Source of the DNA: Eledone cirrhosa
Lineage: Eukaryota
Reading direction: 5' to 3'
Assembly (NCBI GenBank): GCA_964016885.1
Contig: OZ024740.1
Coordinates: 438,712,001-438,776,000 of the forward strand
Length of the DNA stretch: 64,000 bases
The notes under the pieces were generated by a model, which did no database searches, was not told where the DNA came from, and was given only the letters and a program-made list of their open reading frames with translations. Shown one piece after another: positions 14,130 to 31,030 of the stretch. The position numbers were made by a program, and so were the translations under genes. Within the stretch, counting starts at the first letter, position 1. Each line of letters opens with the position of its first letter.

Positions 14130-17100
14130 GACACGTTAGAGATGTTAGATATGTTAGACATGTTAGATATGTTAGATATGTTAGATATGTTAGATATGTT
14201 AGATATGTTAGATATGTTAGATATGTTAGATTTGTTAGAGATGTTAGATATGTTAGATATGTTAGACATGTTAGACATATTAGATATGTTAGATATGTTA
14301 GATATGTTAGATATGTTAAATATGTTAGACATGTTAGACATGTTAGATATGTTAGATATGTTAGATATGTTAGATATGTTAGATATGTTAGATATGTTAG
14401 ACATGTTCGATATGTTAGATATGTTAGACATGTTAGATATGTTAGATATGTTAGATATGTTAGATATGTTAGATATGTTATATATGTTAGATAAGTTAGA
14501 TATGTTAGATATGTTAGACATGTTAGATATGTTAGATATGTTAGATATGTTAGATATGTTAGACATGTTAGATATGTTAGATATGTTAGACATGTTAGAT
14601 ATGTTAGACATGTTAGATATGTTAGATATGTTAGATATGTTAGACATTTTAGATATGTTAGACATGTTAGATATGTTAGACATTTTAGACATGTAAGATA
14701 TGTTAGATATGTTAGACATGTTAGATATGTTAGATATGTTAGATATATTAGATATGTTAGATATGTTAGATATATTAAATATGTTAGATATGTTAGATAT
14801 GTTAGATATGTTAGATATGCTAGACATGTTAGAGATGTTAGATATGTTAGATATGTTAGACATGTTAGACATGTTAGATATGTTAGATATGTTACACATG
14901 TTAGATATGTTAGATATGTTAGATATGTTAGACATGTTAGATATGTTAGATATGTTAGATATGTTAGATATGTTAGATATGTTAAATATGTTAGATATGT
15001 TAGATATGTTAGATATGTTAGACACGTTAGAGATGTTAGATATGTTAGACATGTTAGATATGTTAGATATGTTAAATATGTTAGATATGTTAGATATGTT
15101 AGATTTGTTAGAGATGTTAGATATGTTAGATATGTTAGATATGTTAAATATGTTAGACATGTTAGATATGTTAGATATGTTAGATATGTTAGATATGTTA
15201 GATATGTTAGATATTTTAGACATGTTAGATATGTTAGATATGTTAGATATGTTAGATATGTTAGATATGTTAGATATGTTATATATGTTATATATGTTAG
15301 ATAAGTTAGATATGTTAGATATGTTAGACATGTTAGATATGTTAGATATGTTAGATATGTTAGATATGTTATATATGTTAGATATGTTAGATATGTTAGA
15401 TATGTTAGATATGTTAGATATGTTAGATTTGTTACAGATGTTAGATATGTTAGATATGTTAGACATGTTAGACATATTAGATATGTTAGATATGTTAGAT
15501 ATGTTAGATATGTTAAATATGTTAGATATGTTAGACATGTTAGATATGTTAGATATGTTAGATATGTTAGATATGTTAGATATGTTAGACATGTTAGATA
15601 TGTTAGATATGTTAGACATGTTAGATATGTTAGATATGTTAGATATGTTAGATATGTTAGATATGTTATATATGTTAGATAAGTTAGATATGTTAGATAT
15701 GTTAGACATGTTAGATATGTTAGATATGTTAGATATGTTAGATATGTTAGATATGTTAGATATGTTAGATATGTTAGATATGTTAGACATGTTAGATATG
15801 TTAGATATGTTAGACATGTTAGATATGTTAGACATGTTAGATATGTTAGATATGTTAGATATGTTAGACATTTTAGATATGTTAGACATGTTAGATATGT
15901 TAGACATTTTAGACATGTAAGATATGTTAGATATGTTAGACATGTTAGATATGTTAGATATGTTAGATATATTAGATATGTTAGATATGTTAGATATATT
16001 AAATATGTTAGATATGTTAGATATGTTAGATATGTTAGATATGCTAGACATGTTAGATATGTTAGATATGTTAGATATGTTAGATATGTTAGATATGTTA
16101 GATATGTTAGATATGTTAAATATGTTAGATATGTTAGATATGTTAAATATGTTAGATATGTTAGATATGTTAAATATGTTAGACATGTTAGATATGTTAG
16201 ATATGTTAGATATGTTAGATATGTTAGATATGTTAGATATGTTAGACATGTTAGATATGTTAGATATGTTAGATATGTTAGATATGTTAGATATGTTAGA
16301 TATGTTATATATGTTATATATGTTAGATAAGTTAGATATGTTAGATATGTTAGACATGTTAGATATGTTAGATATGTTAGATATGTTAGATATGTTATAT
16401 ATGTTAGATATGTTAGATATGTTAGATATGTTAGATATGTTAGATATGTTAGATTTGTTAGAGATGTTAGATATGTTAAATATGTTAGACATTTTAGATA
16501 TGTTAGATATGTTAGATATGTTAGATATGTTAGACATTTTAGATATGTTAGATATGTTAGATATGTTAGATATGTTAGATATGCTAGACATGTTAGAGAT
16601 GTTAGATATGTTAGATATGTTAGACATGTTAGACATGTTAGATATGTTAGATATGTTAGACATGTTAGATATGTTAGATATGTTAGATATGTTAGATATG
16701 TTAGATATGTTAAATATGTTAGATATGTTAGATATGTTAAATATGTTAGACACGTTAGAGATGTTAGATATGTTAGACATGTTAGATATGTTAGATATGT
16801 TAAATATGTTAGATATGTTAGATATGTTAGATTTGTTAGAGATGTTAGATATGTTAGATATGTTAGACATGTTAGACATATTAGATATGTTAGATATGTT
16901 AGATATGTTAGATATGTTAAATATGTTAGACATGTTAGATATGTTAGATATGTTAGATATGTTAGATATGTTAGATATGTTGGATATGTTAGATATGTTA
17001 GACATGTTAGATATGTTAGATATGTTAGATATGTTAGATATGTTAGATATGTTAGATATGTTAGATATGTTATATATGTTAGATAAGTTAGATATGTTAG

Positions 17101-20100
17101 ATATGTTAGACATGTTAGATATGTTAGATATGTTAGATATGTTAGATATGTTATATATGTTAGATATGTTAGATATGTTAGATATGTTAGATATGTTAGA
17201 TATGTTAGATTTGTTAGAGATGTTAGATATGTTAGATATGTTAGACATGTTAGACATATTAGATATGTTAGATATGTTAGATATGTTAAATATGTTAGAT
17301 ATGTTAGACATGTTAGATATGTTAGATATGTTAGATATGTTAGATATGTTAGATATGTTATATATGTTAGATAAGTTAGATATGTTAGATATGTTAGACA
17401 TGTTAGATATGTTAGATATGTAAGATATGTTAGATATGTTAGATATGTTAGATATGTTAGATATGTTAGATATGTTAGACATGTTAGATATGTTAGATAT
17501 GTTAGACATGTTAGATATGTTAGACATGTTAGATATGTTAGATATGTTAGATATGTTAGATATGTTAGATATGTTAAATATGTTAGATATGTTAGATATG
17601 TTAAATATGTTAGACACGTTAGAGATGTTAGATATGTTAGACATGTTAGATATGTTAGATATGTTAAATATGTTAGATATGTTAGATATGTTAGATTTGT
17701 TAGAGATGTTAGATATGTTAGATATGTTAGACATGTTAGACATATTAGATATGTTAGATATGTTAGATATGTTAGATATGTTAAATATGTTAGACATGTT
17801 AGATATGTTAGATATGTTAGATATGTTAGATATGTTAGATATGTTGGATATGTTAGATATGTTAGACATGTTAGATATGTTAGATATGTTAGATATGTTA
17901 GATATGTTAGATATGTTAGATATGTTAGATATGTTATATATGTTAGATAAGTTAGATATGTTAGATATGTTAGACATGTTAGATATGTTAGATATGTTAG
18001 ATATGTTAGATATGTTATATATGTTAGATATGTTAGATATGTTAGATATGTTAGATATGTTAGATATGTTAGACATGTTAGACATATTAGATATGTTAGA
18101 TATGTTAGATATGTTAAATATGTTAGATATGTTAGACATGTTAGATATGTTAGATATGTTAGATATGTTAGATATGTTAGATATGTTATATATGTTAGAT
18201 AAGTTAGATATGTTAGATATGTTAGACATGTTAGATATGTTAGATATGTAAGATATGTTAGATATGTTAGATATGTTAGATATGTTAGATATGTTAGATA
18301 TGTTAGATATGTTAAATATGTTAGATATGTTAGATATGTTAGATTTGTTAGAGATGTTAGATATGTTAGATATGTTAGACATGTTAGACATATTAGATAT
18401 GTTAGATATGTTAGATATGTTAGACATGTTAGATATGTTAGATATGTAAGATATGTTAGATATGTTAGATATGTTAGATATGTTAGATATGTTAGATATG
18501 CTAGACATGTTAGAGATGTTAGATATGTTAGATATGTTAGACATGTTAGACATGTTAGATATGTTAGATATGTTAGACATGTTAGATATGTTAGATATGT
18601 TAGATATGTTAGATATGTTAGATATGTTATATATGTTAGATAAGTTAGATATGTTAGATATGTTAGACATGTTAGATATGTTAGATATGTTAGATATGTT
18701 AGATATGTTAGATATGTTAGATATGTTAGATATGTTAGACATGTTAGATATGTTAGATATGTTAGACATGTTAGATATGTTAGACATGTTAGATATGTTA
18801 GATATGTTAGATATGTTAGACATTTTAGATATGTTAGACATGTTAGATATGTTAGACATTTTAGACATGTAAGATATGTTAGATATGTTAGACATGTTAG
18901 ATATGTTAGATATGTTAGATATATTAGATATGTTAGATATGTTAGATATATTAAATATGTTAGATATGTTAGATATGTTAGATATGTTAAATATGCTAGA
19001 CATGTTAGAGATGTTAGATATGTTAGATATGTTAGACATGTTAGACATGTTAGATATGTTAGATATGTTAGACATGTTAGATATGTTAGATATGTTAGAT
19101 ATGTTAGATATGTTAGATATGTTAGATATGTTAGATATGTTAAATATGTTAGATATGTTAGATATGTTAAATATGTTAGACATGTTAGATATGTTAGATA
19201 TGTTAGATATGTTAGATATGTTAGATATGTTAGATATGTTAGACATGTTAGATATGTTAGATATGTTAGATATGTTAGATATGTTAGATATGTTAGATAT
19301 GTTATATATGTTATATATGTTAGATAAGTTAGATATGTTAGATATGTTAGACATGTTAGATATGTTAGATATGTTAGATATGTTAGATATGTTATATATG
19401 TTAGATATGTTAGATATGTTAGATATGTTAGATATGTTAGATATGTTAGATTTGTTAGAGATGTTAGATATGTTAAATATGTTAGATATTTTAGACATGT
19501 TAGATATGTTAGATATGTTAGATATGTTAGATATGTTAGATATGTTAGACATGTTAGATATGTTAGATATGTTAGACATGTTAGATATGTTAGATATGTT
19601 AGATATGTTAGATATGTTAGATATGTTATATATGTTAGATAAGTTAGATATGTTAGATATGTTAGACATGTTAGATATGTTAGATATGTTAGATATGTTA
19701 GATATGTTAGATATGTTAGATATGTTAGATATGTTAGACATGTTAGATATGTTAGATATGTTAGACATGTTAGATATGTTAGACATGTTAGATATGTTAG
19801 ATATGTTAGATATGTTAGACATTTTAGATATGTTAGACATGTTAGATATGTTAGACATTTTAGACATGTAAGATATGTTAGATATGTTAGACATGTTAGA
19901 TATGTTAGATATGTTAGATATATTAGATATGTTAGATATGTTAGATATATTAAATATGTTAGATATGTTAGATATGTTAGATATGTTAGATATGCTAGAC
20001 ATGTTAGAGATGTTAGATATGTTAGATATGTTAGACATGTTAGACATGTTAGATATGTTAGATATGTTAGACATGTTAGATATGTTAGATATGTTAGATA

Positions 20101-23100
20101 TGTTAGACATGTTAGATATGTTAGATATGTTAGATATGTTACATATGTTAGATATGTTAAATATGTTAGATATGTTAGATATGTTAAATATGTTAGACAC
20201 GTTAGAGATGTTAGATATGTTAGACATGTTAGATATGTTAGATATGTTAAATATGTTAGATATGTTAGATATGTTAGATTTGTTAGAGATGTTAGATATG
20301 TTAGTTATGTTAGACATGTTAGACATATTAGATATGTTAGATATGTTAGATATGTTAGATATGTTAAATATGTTAGACATGTTAGATATGTTAGATATGT
20401 TAGATATGTTAGATATGTTAGATATGTTGGATATGTTAGATATGTTAGACATGTTAGATATGTTAGATATGTTAGATATGTTAGATATGTTAGATATGTT
20501 AGATATGTTAGATATGTTATATATGTTAGATAAGTTAGATATGTTAGATATGTTAGACATGTTAGATATGTTAGATATGTTAGATATGTTAGATATGTTA
20601 TATATGTTAGATATGTTAGATATGTTAGATATGTTAGATATGTTAGATATGTTAGATTTGTTAGAGATGTTAGATATGTTAGATATGTTAGACATGTTAG
20701 ACATATTAGATATGTTAGATATGTTAGATATGTTAAATATGTTAGATATGTTAGACATGTTAGATATGTTAGATATGTTAGATATGTTAGATATGTTAGA
20801 TATGTTATATATGTTAGATAAGTTAGATATGTTAGATATGTTAGACATGTTAGATATGTTAGATATGTAAGATATGTTAGATATGTTAGATATGTTAGAT
20901 ATGTTAGATATGTTAGATATGTTAGACATGTTAGATATGTTAGATATGTTAGACATGTTAGATATGTTAGACATGTTAGATATGTTAGATATGTTAGATA
21001 TGTTAGATATGTTAGATATGTTAAATATGTTAGATATGTTAGATATGTTAAATATGTTAGACACGTTAGAGATGTTAGATATGTTAGACATGTTAGATAT
21101 GTTAGATATGTTAAATATGTTAGATATGTTAGATATGTTAGATTTGTTAGAGATGTTAGATATGTTAGATATGTTAGACATGTTAGACATATTAGATATG
21201 TTAGATATGTTAGATATGTTAGATATGTTAAATATGTTAGACATGTTAGATATGTTAGATATGTTAGATATGTTAGATATGTTAGATATGTTGGATATGT
21301 TAGATATGTTAGACATGTTAGATATGTTAGATATGTTAGATATGTTAGATATGTTAGATATGTTAGATATGTTAGATATGTTATATATGTTAGATAAGTT
21401 AGATATGTTAGATATGTTAGACATGTTAGATATGTTAGATATGTTAGATATGTTAGATATGTTATATATGTTAGATATGTTAGATATGTTAGATATGTTA
21501 GATATGTTAGATATGTTAGACATGTTAGACATATTAGATATGTTAGATATGTTAGATATGTTAAATATGTTAGATATGTTAGACATGTTAGATATGTTAC
21601 ATATGTTAGATATGTTAGATATGTTAGATATGTTATATATGTTAGATAAGTTAGATATGTTAGATATGTTAGACATGTTAGATATGTTAGATATGTAAGA
21701 TATGTTAGATATGTTAGATATGTTAGATATGTTAGATATGTTAGATATGTTAGACATGTTAGATATGTTAGATATGTTAGACATGTTAGATATGTTAGAC
21801 ATGTAAGATATGTTAGATATGTTAGATATGTTAGACATGTTAGATATGTTAGATATGTTATGTTAGATATGTTAGATATGTTAGATATGTTAAACATGTT
21901 AGATATGTTAGACATGTTAGATATGCTAGACATGTTAGAGATGTTAGATATGTTAGATATGTTAGACATGTTAGAGATGTTAGATATGTTAGATATGTTA
22001 GACATGTTAGATATGTTAGATATGTTAGATTTGTTAGAGATGTTAGATATGTTAGATATGTTAGACATGTTAGATATGTTAGATTTGTTAGAGATGTTAG
22101 ATATGTTAAATATGTTAGACATGTTAGATATGTTAGACATTTTAGACATGTAAGATATGTTAGATATGTTAGACATGTTAGATATGTTAGATATGTTAGA
22201 TATATTAGATATGTTAGATATGTTAGATATATTAAATATGTTAGATATGTTAGATATGTTAGATATGTTAGATATGCTAGACATGTTAGAGATGTTAGAT
22301 ATGTTAGATATGTTAGACATGTTAGACATGTTAGATATGTTAGATATGTTAGACATGTTAGATATGTTAGATATGTTAGATATGTTAGACATGTTAGATA
22401 TGTTAGATATGTTAGATATGTTAGATATGTTAGATATGTTAAATATGTTAGATATGTTAGATATGTTAAATATGTTAGACACGTTAGAGATGTTAGATAT
22501 GTTAGACATGTTAGATATGTTAGATATGTTAAATATGTTAGATATGTTAGATATGTTAGATTTGTTAGAGATGTTAGATATGTTAGATATGTTAGACATG
22601 TTAGACATATTAGATATGTTAGATATGTTAGATATGTTAGATATGTTAAATATGTTAGACATGTTAGATATGTTAGATATGTTAGATATGTTAGATATGT
22701 TAGATATGTTGGATATGTTAGATATGTTAGACATGTTAGATATGTTAGATATGTTAGATATGTTAGATATGTTAGATATGTTAGATATGTTAGATATGTT
22801 AGATTTGTTAGAGATGTTAGATATGTTAGATATGTTAGACATGTTAGACATATTAGATATGTTAGATATGTTAGATATGTTAAATATGTTAGATATGTTA
22901 GACATGTTAGATATGTTAGATATGTTAGATATGTTAGATATGTTAGATATGTTATATATGTTAGATATGTTAGATATGTTAGATAAGTTAGATATGTTAG
23001 ATATGTTAGACATGTTAGATATGTTAGATATGTTAGATATGTTAGATATGTTAGATATGTTAGATATGTTAGATATGTTAGATATGTTAGATATGTTAGA

Positions 23101-23954
23101 TTTGTTAGAGATGTTAGATATGTTAGATATGTTAGACATGTTAGACATATTAGATATGTTAGATATGTTAGATATGTTAAATATGTTAGATATGTTAGAC
23201 ATGTTAGATATGTTAGATATGTTAGATATGTTAGATATGTTAGATATGTTATATATGTTAGATAAGTTAGATATGTTAGATATGTTAGACATGTTAGATA
23301 TGTTAGATATGTTAGATATGTTAGATATGTTATATATGTTAGATATGTTAGATATGTTAGATATGTTAGATATGTTAGATATGTTAGATTTGTTAGAGAT
23401 GTTAGATATGTTAGATATGTTAGACATGTTAGACATATTAGATATGTTAGATATGTTAGATATGTTAAATATGTTAGATATGTTAGACATGTTAGATATG
23501 TTAGATATGTTAGATATGTTAGATATGTTAGATATGTTATATATGTTAGATAAGTGAGATATGTTAGATATGTTAGACATGTTAGATATGTTAGATATGT
23601 AAGATATGTTAGATATGTTAGATATGTTAGATATGTTAGATATGTTAGATATGTTAGACATGTTAGATATGTTAGATATGTTAGACATGTTAGATATGTT
23701 AGACATGTAAGATATGTTAGATATGTTAGATATGTTAGACATGTTAGATATGTTAGATATGTTATGTTAGATATGTTAGATATGTTAGATATGTTAAACA
23801 TGTTAGATATGTTAGACATGTTAGATATGCTAGACATGTTAGAGATGTTAGATATGTTAGATATGTTAGACATGTTAGAGATGTTAGATATGTTAGATAT
23901 GTTAGACATGTTAGATATGTTAGATATGTTAGATATGTTAGACATGTTAGATAT
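14130..23954 (+). repeat. Copy B of the 9.8 kb block
   Basis: Same variant order as 1-9816, including the rare AAGTGAGAT monomer (about 9414 and 23552). The match ends at 9817/23955. Confidence 0.95.
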
Positions 23955-26257
23955 GTTAGATATGTTAGATATGTTAGATATGTTAGATATGTTAAATATG
24001 TTAGATATGTTAGATATGTTAGATATGTTAGACACGTTAGAGATGTTAGATATGTTAGACATGTTAGATATGTTAGATATGTTAGATATGTTAGATATGT
24101 TAGATATGATAGATATGTTAGATTTGTTAGAGATGTTAGATATGTTAGATATGTTAGACATGTTAGACATATTAGATATGTTAGATATGTTAGATATGTA
24201 AGATATGTTAAATATGTTAGACATGTTAGATATGTTAGATATGTTAGATATGTTAGATATGTTAGATATGTTAGATATGTTAGACATGTTAGATATGTTA
24301 GATATGTTAGATATGTTAGATATGTTAGATATGTTAAATATGTTAGATATGTTAGATATGTTAGATATGTTAGACACGTTAGAGATGTTAGATATGTTAG
24401 ACATGTTAGACATGTTAGATATGTTAGATATGTTAGATATGTTAGATATGTTAGATATGTTAGATGTGTTAGATATGTTAGATATGTTAGATTTGTTAGA
24501 GATGTTAGATATGTTAGATATGTTAGACATGTTAGACATATTAGATATGTTAGATATGTTAGATATGTTAGATATGTTAAATATGTTAGATATGTTATAT
24601 ATGTTAGATAAGTTAGATATGTTAGACATGTTAGAAATGTTAGATATGTTAGATATGTTAGATATGTTAGATATGTTAGATATGTTAGATATGTTAGACA
24701 TGTTAGATGTGTTAGATATGTTAGACATGTTAGATATGTTAGACATGTTAGATATGTTAGATATGTTAGATATGTTAGACATTTTAGATATGTTAGACAT
24801 GTTAGATATGTTAGACATTTTAGACATGTAAGATATGTTAGATATGTTGGACATGTTAGATATGTTAGATATGTTAGATATATTAGATATGTTAGATATG
24901 TTAGATATATTAAATATGTTAGATATGTTAGATATGTTAGATATGTTAGATATGTTAGATATGTTAGATATGTTAGACATGTTAGATATGTGAGATATGT
25001 TAGATATGTTAGATATGTTAGATACGTTAGATATGTTAGATATGTTAGATATGTTAGATATGTTAGACATGTTAGGTATGTTAGATATGTTAGACATGTT
25101 AGATATGTTAGATATGTTAGATATGTTAGACATGTTACATATGTTATGTTAGATATGTTAGATATGTTAGATATGTCAGATATTTTAGACATGTTAGATA
25201 TGTTAGACATGTTAGATATGTTAGATATGTTAGATATGTTAGATATGTTAGACATATAAGACATGTTAGATATGTTAGACATGTTAGATATGTTAGACAT
25301 GTTAGATATGTTAGACATGTTAGATATGTTAGACATTTTAGACATGTAAGATATGTTAGATATGTTAGATATGTTAGATATGTTAGATATGTTAGATATG
25401 TTAGATATGTTAGACATGTTAGACATATTAGATATGTTAGATATGTTAGATATGTTAGATATGTTAAATATGTTTGATATGTTAGACATGTTAGATATGT
25501 TAGATATGTTAGATATGTTAGATATGTTAGATATGTTATATATGTTAGATAAGTTAGATATGTTAGATATGTTAGACATGTTAGATATGTTAGATATGTA
25601 AGATATGTTAGATATGTTAGATATGTCAGATATGTTAGATATGTTAGATATGTTAGACATGTTAGATATGTTAGATATGTTAGACATGTTAGATATGTTA
25701 GACATGTTAGATATGTTAGATATGTTAGATATGTTAGACATGTTAGATATGTTAGATATGTTAGATATGTTAGATATGTTATGTTAGATATGTTAGATAT
25801 GTTAGATATGTTAAACATGTTAGATACGTTAGACATGTTAGATATGCTAGACATGTTAGAGATGTTAGATATGTTAGATATGTTAGACATGTTAGACATG
25901 TTAGATATGTTAGATATGTTAGACATGTTAGATATGTTAGATATGTTAGATATGTTAGACATGTTAGATAGGTTAGATATGTTAGATATGTTAGATATGT
26001 TAGATATGTTAAATATGTTAGATATGTTAGATATGTTAGATATGTTAGACACGTTAGAGATGTTAGATATGTAAGATATGTTAGAAATGTTAGATATGTT
26101 AGATATGTTAGATATGTTAGATATGTTAGACATGTTAGATATGTTAGATATGTTAGACATGTTAGATATGTTAGACATGTTAGATATGTTAGATATGTTA
26201 GATATGTTAGACATGTTAGATATGTTAGATATGTTAGACATGTTAGATATGTTAGAT

Positions 26258-26473
26258 ATGTAAGATATGTTAGAAATGTTAGATATGTTAGATATGTTAG
26301 ATATGTTAGACATGTTAGATATGTTAGATATGTAAGATATGTTAGAAATGTTAGATATGTTAGATATGTTAGATATGTTAGACATGTTAGATATGTTAGA
26401 TATGTAAGATATGTTAGAAATGTTAGATATGTTAGATATGTTAGATATGTTAGATATGTTAGACATGTTAGAT
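26258..26473 (+). repeat. 72-bp (8-monomer) local tandem repeat, 3 copies
   Basis: ATGTAAGAT-ATGTTAGAA starts at 26258, 26330 and 26402, with further copies at 26069 and 29022. Confidence 0.85.
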
Positions 26474-26563
26474 ATGTTAGATATGTTAGACATGTTAGAT
26501 ATGTTAGACATGTTAGATATGTTAGATATGTTAGATATGTTAGACATGTTAGATATGTTAGAT

Positions 26564-29500
26564 ATGTTATGTTAGATATGTTAGATATGTTAGATATGTT
26601 AAACATGTTAGATATGTTAGACATGTTAGATATGCTAGACATGTTAGAGATGTTAGATATGTTAGATATGTTAGACATGTTAGACATGTTAGATATGTTA
26701 GATATGTTAGACATGTTAGATATGTTAGATATGTTAGATATGTTAGACATGTTAGATATGTTAGATATGTTAGATATGTTAGATATGTTAGATATGATAG
26801 ATATGTTAGATTTGTTAGAGATGTTAGATATGTTAGACATGTTAGACATATTAGATATGTTAGATATGTTAGATATGTAAGATATGTTAAATATGTTAGA
26901 CATGTTAGATATGTTAGATATGTTAGATATGTTAGATATGTTAAATATGTTAGATATGTTAGACATGTTAGATATGTTAGATATGTTAGACATGTTAGAT
27001 ATGTTAGATATGTTAGATATGTTAGATAAGTTAGATATGTTATATATGTTAGATAAGTTAGATATGTTAGATATGTTAGACATGTTAGATATGTTAGATA
27101 TGTTAGATATGTTAGACATGTTAGATATGTTAGATATGTTAGATATGTTAGATATGTTAGATATGTTAAATATGTTAGATATGTTAGATATGTTAGATAT
27201 GTTAGACACGTTAGAGATGTTAGATATGTTAGACATGTTAGATATGTTAGATATGTTAGATATGTTAGATATGTTAGATATGTTAGATATGATAGATATG
27301 TTAGATTAGTTAGAGATGTTAGATATGTTAGATATGTTAGACATGTTAGACATATTAGATATGTTAGATATGTTAGATATGTAAGATATGTTAGATTTGT
27401 TAGAGATGTTAGATATGTTAGATATGTTAGACATGTTAGACATATTAGATATGTTAGATATGTTAGATATGTAAGATATGTTAGATATGTTAGACATGTT
27501 AGATATGTTAGATATGTTAGATATGTTAGATATGTTAGATATGTTAGACATGTTAGATATGTTAGATATGTTAGACATGTTAGATATGTTAGATATGTTA
27601 GATATGTTAGATATGTTAGATATGTTATATATGTTAGATAAGTTAGATATGTTAGATATGTTAGACACGTTAGAGATGTTAGATATGTTAGACATGTTAG
27701 ATATGTTAGATATGTTAGATATGTTAGATATGTTAGATATGTTAGATATGATAGATATGTTAGATTTGTTAGAGATGTTAGATATGTTAGATATTTTAGA
27801 CATGTTAGACATATTAGATATGTTAGATATGTTAGATATGTAAGATATGTTAAATATGTTAGACATGTTAGATATGTTAGATATGTTAGATATGTTAGAT
27901 ATTTTAGATATGTTAGATATGTTAGACATGTTAGATATGTTAGATATGTTAGACATGTTAGATATGTTAGATATGTTAGATATGTTAGATATGTTAGATA
28001 TGTTAGATATGTTAGATATGTTAGATATGTTAGAAATGTTAAATATGTTAGATATGTTAGATATGTTAGATATGTTAGATATGTTAGACACGTTAGAGAT
28101 GTTAGATATGTTAGACATGTTAGATATGTTAGATATGTTAGATATGTTAGATATGTTAGATATGATAGATATGTTAGATTTGTTAGAGATGTTAGATATG
28201 TTAGACATGTTAGACATATTAGATATGTTAGATATGTTAGATATGTAAGATATGTTAGATATGTTAGATATGTTAGAAATGTTAAATATGTTAGATATGT
28301 TAGATATGTTAGATATGTTAGATATGTTAGACACGTTAGAGATGTTAGATATGTTAGACATGTTAGATATGTTAGATATGTTAGATATGTTAGACATGTT
28401 AGATATGTTAGATATGTTAGATATGTTAGATATGTTAGATATGTTAAATAGGTTAGATATGTTAGATATGTTAGATATGTTAGACACGTTAGAGATGTTA
28501 GATATGTTAGACATGTTAGATATGTTAGATATGTTAAATATGTTAGATATGTTAGATATGTTTGATTTGTTAGAGATGTTAGATATGTTAGATATGTTAG
28601 ACATGTTAGACATATTAGATATGTTAGATATGTTAGATATGTTAGATATGTTAAATATGTTAGACATGTTAGATATGTTAGATATGTTAGATATGTTAGA
28701 TATGTTAGATATGTTAGACATGTTAGATATGATATGTTAGATATGTTAGATATGTTAGATATGTTAGATATGTTAGATATGTTAGATATGTTAGATATGT
28801 TAGATTTGTTAGAGATGTTAGATATGTTAGATATGTTAGACATGTTAGACATATTAGATATGTTAGATATGTTAGATATGTTAGATATGTTAAATATGTT
28901 AGATATGTTAGACATGTTAGATATGTTAGATATGTTAGATATGTTAGATATGTTAGATATGTTATATATGTTAGATAAGTTAGATATGTTAGATATGTTA
29001 GACATGTTAGATATGTTAGATATGTAAGATATGTTAGAAATGTTAGATATGTTAGATATGTTAGATATGTTAGATATGTTAGACATGTTAGATATGTTAG
29101 ATATGTTAGACATGTTAGATATGTTAGACATGTTAGATATGTTAGATATGTTAGATATGTTAGACATGTTAGATATGTTAGATATGTTATGTTAGATATG
29201 TTAGATATGTTAGATATGTTAAACATGTTAGATATGTTAGACATGTTAGATATGCTAGACATGTTAGAGATGTTAGATATGTTAGATATGTTAGACATGT
29301 TAGACATGTTAGATATGTTAGATATGTTAGACATGTTAGATATGTTAGATATGTTAGATATGTTAGACATGTTAGATATGTTAGATATGTTAGATATGTT
29401 AGATATGTTAGACATGTTAGATATGTTAGATATGTTAGATATGTTAGATATGTTAGATATGATAGATATGTTAGATTTGTTAGAGATGTTAGATATGTTA

Positions 29501-31030
29501 GACATGTTAGACATATTAGATATGTTAGATATGTTAGATATGTAAGATATGTTAAATATGTTAGACATGTTAGATATGTTAGATATGTTAGATATGTTAG
29601 ATATGTTAAATATGTTAGATATGTTAGACATGTTAGATATGTTAGATATGTTAGACATGTTAGATATGTTAGATATGTTAGATATGTTAGATATGTTAGA
29701 TATGTTATATATGTTAGATAAGTTAGATATGTTAGATATGTTAGACATGTTAGATATGTTAGATATGTTAGATATGTTAGACATGTTAGATATGTTAGAT
29801 ATGTTAGATATGTTAGATATGTTAGATATGTTAAATATGTTAGATATGTTAGATATGTTAGATATGTTAGACACGTTAGAGATGTTAGATATGTTAGACA
29901 TGTTAGATATGTTAGATATGTTAGATATGTTAGATATGTTAGATATGTTAGATATGATAGATATGTTAGATTTGTTAGAGATGTTAGATATGTTAGATAT
30001 GTTAGACATGTTAGACATATTAGATATGTTAGATATGTTAGATATGTAAGATATGTTAGATTTGTTAGAGATGTTAGATATGTTAGATATGTTAGACATG
30101 TTAGACATATTAGATATGTTAGATATGTTAGATATGTAAGATATGTTAGATATGTTAGACATGTTAGATATGTTAGATATGTTAGATATGTTAGATATGT
30201 TAGATATGTTAGACATGTTAGATATGTTAGATATGTTAGACATGTTAGATAAGTTAGATATGTTAGATATGTTAGATATGTTAGATATGTTAGATATGTT
30301 ATATATGTTAGATAAGTTAGATATGTTAGATATGTTAGACATGTTAGATATGTTAGATATGTTAGATATGTTAGACATGTTAGATATGTTAGATATGTTA
30401 GATATGTTAAATATGTTAGATATGTTAGATATGTTAGATATGTTAGACACGTTAGAGATGTTAGATATGTTAGACATGTTAGATATGTTAGATATGTTAG
30501 ATATGTTAGATATGTTAGATATGTTAGATATGATAGATATGTTAGATTTGTTAGAGATGTTAGATATGTTAGATATTTTAGACATGTTAGACATATTAGA
30601 TATGTTAGATATGTTAGATATGTAAGATATGTTAAATATGTTAGACATGTTAGATATGTTAGATATGTTAGATATGTTAGATATTTTAGATATGTTAGAT
30701 ATGTTAGACATGTTAGATATGTTAGATATGTTAGACATGTTAGATATGTTAGATATGTTAGATATGTTAGATATGTTAGATATGTTAGATATGTTAGATA
30801 TGTTAGATATGTTAGAAATGTTAAATATGTTAGATATGTTAGATATGTTAGATATGTTAGATATGTTAGACACGTTAGAGATGTTAGATATGTCAGACAT
30901 GTTAGATATGTTAGATATGTTAGATATGTTAGATATGTTAGATATGATAGATATGTTAGATTTGTTAGAGATGTTAGATATGTTAGACATGTTAGACATA
31001 TTAGATATGTTAGATATGTTAGATATGTAA
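26564..31030 (+). repeat. Diverged ~2.6-2.8 kb duplication (26564-28250 vs 29184-31030)
   Basis: ORF starts 26569/29189 (+2620), 26884/29549 and 27478/30143 (+2665), 27847/30629 (+2782). Both copies share the ATGTTAGAA-ATGTTAAAT marker. Confidence 0.75.

Noticed and set aside
12776-21838. 3020-aa minus-strand (ISN/YLT)n ORF, and likewise 35477-43744 (2755 aa)
   Set aside because: In the ATA-TCT-AAC frame no single substitution can create a stop codon, so long ORFs are expected neutrally. They change frame exactly at deletion monomers.
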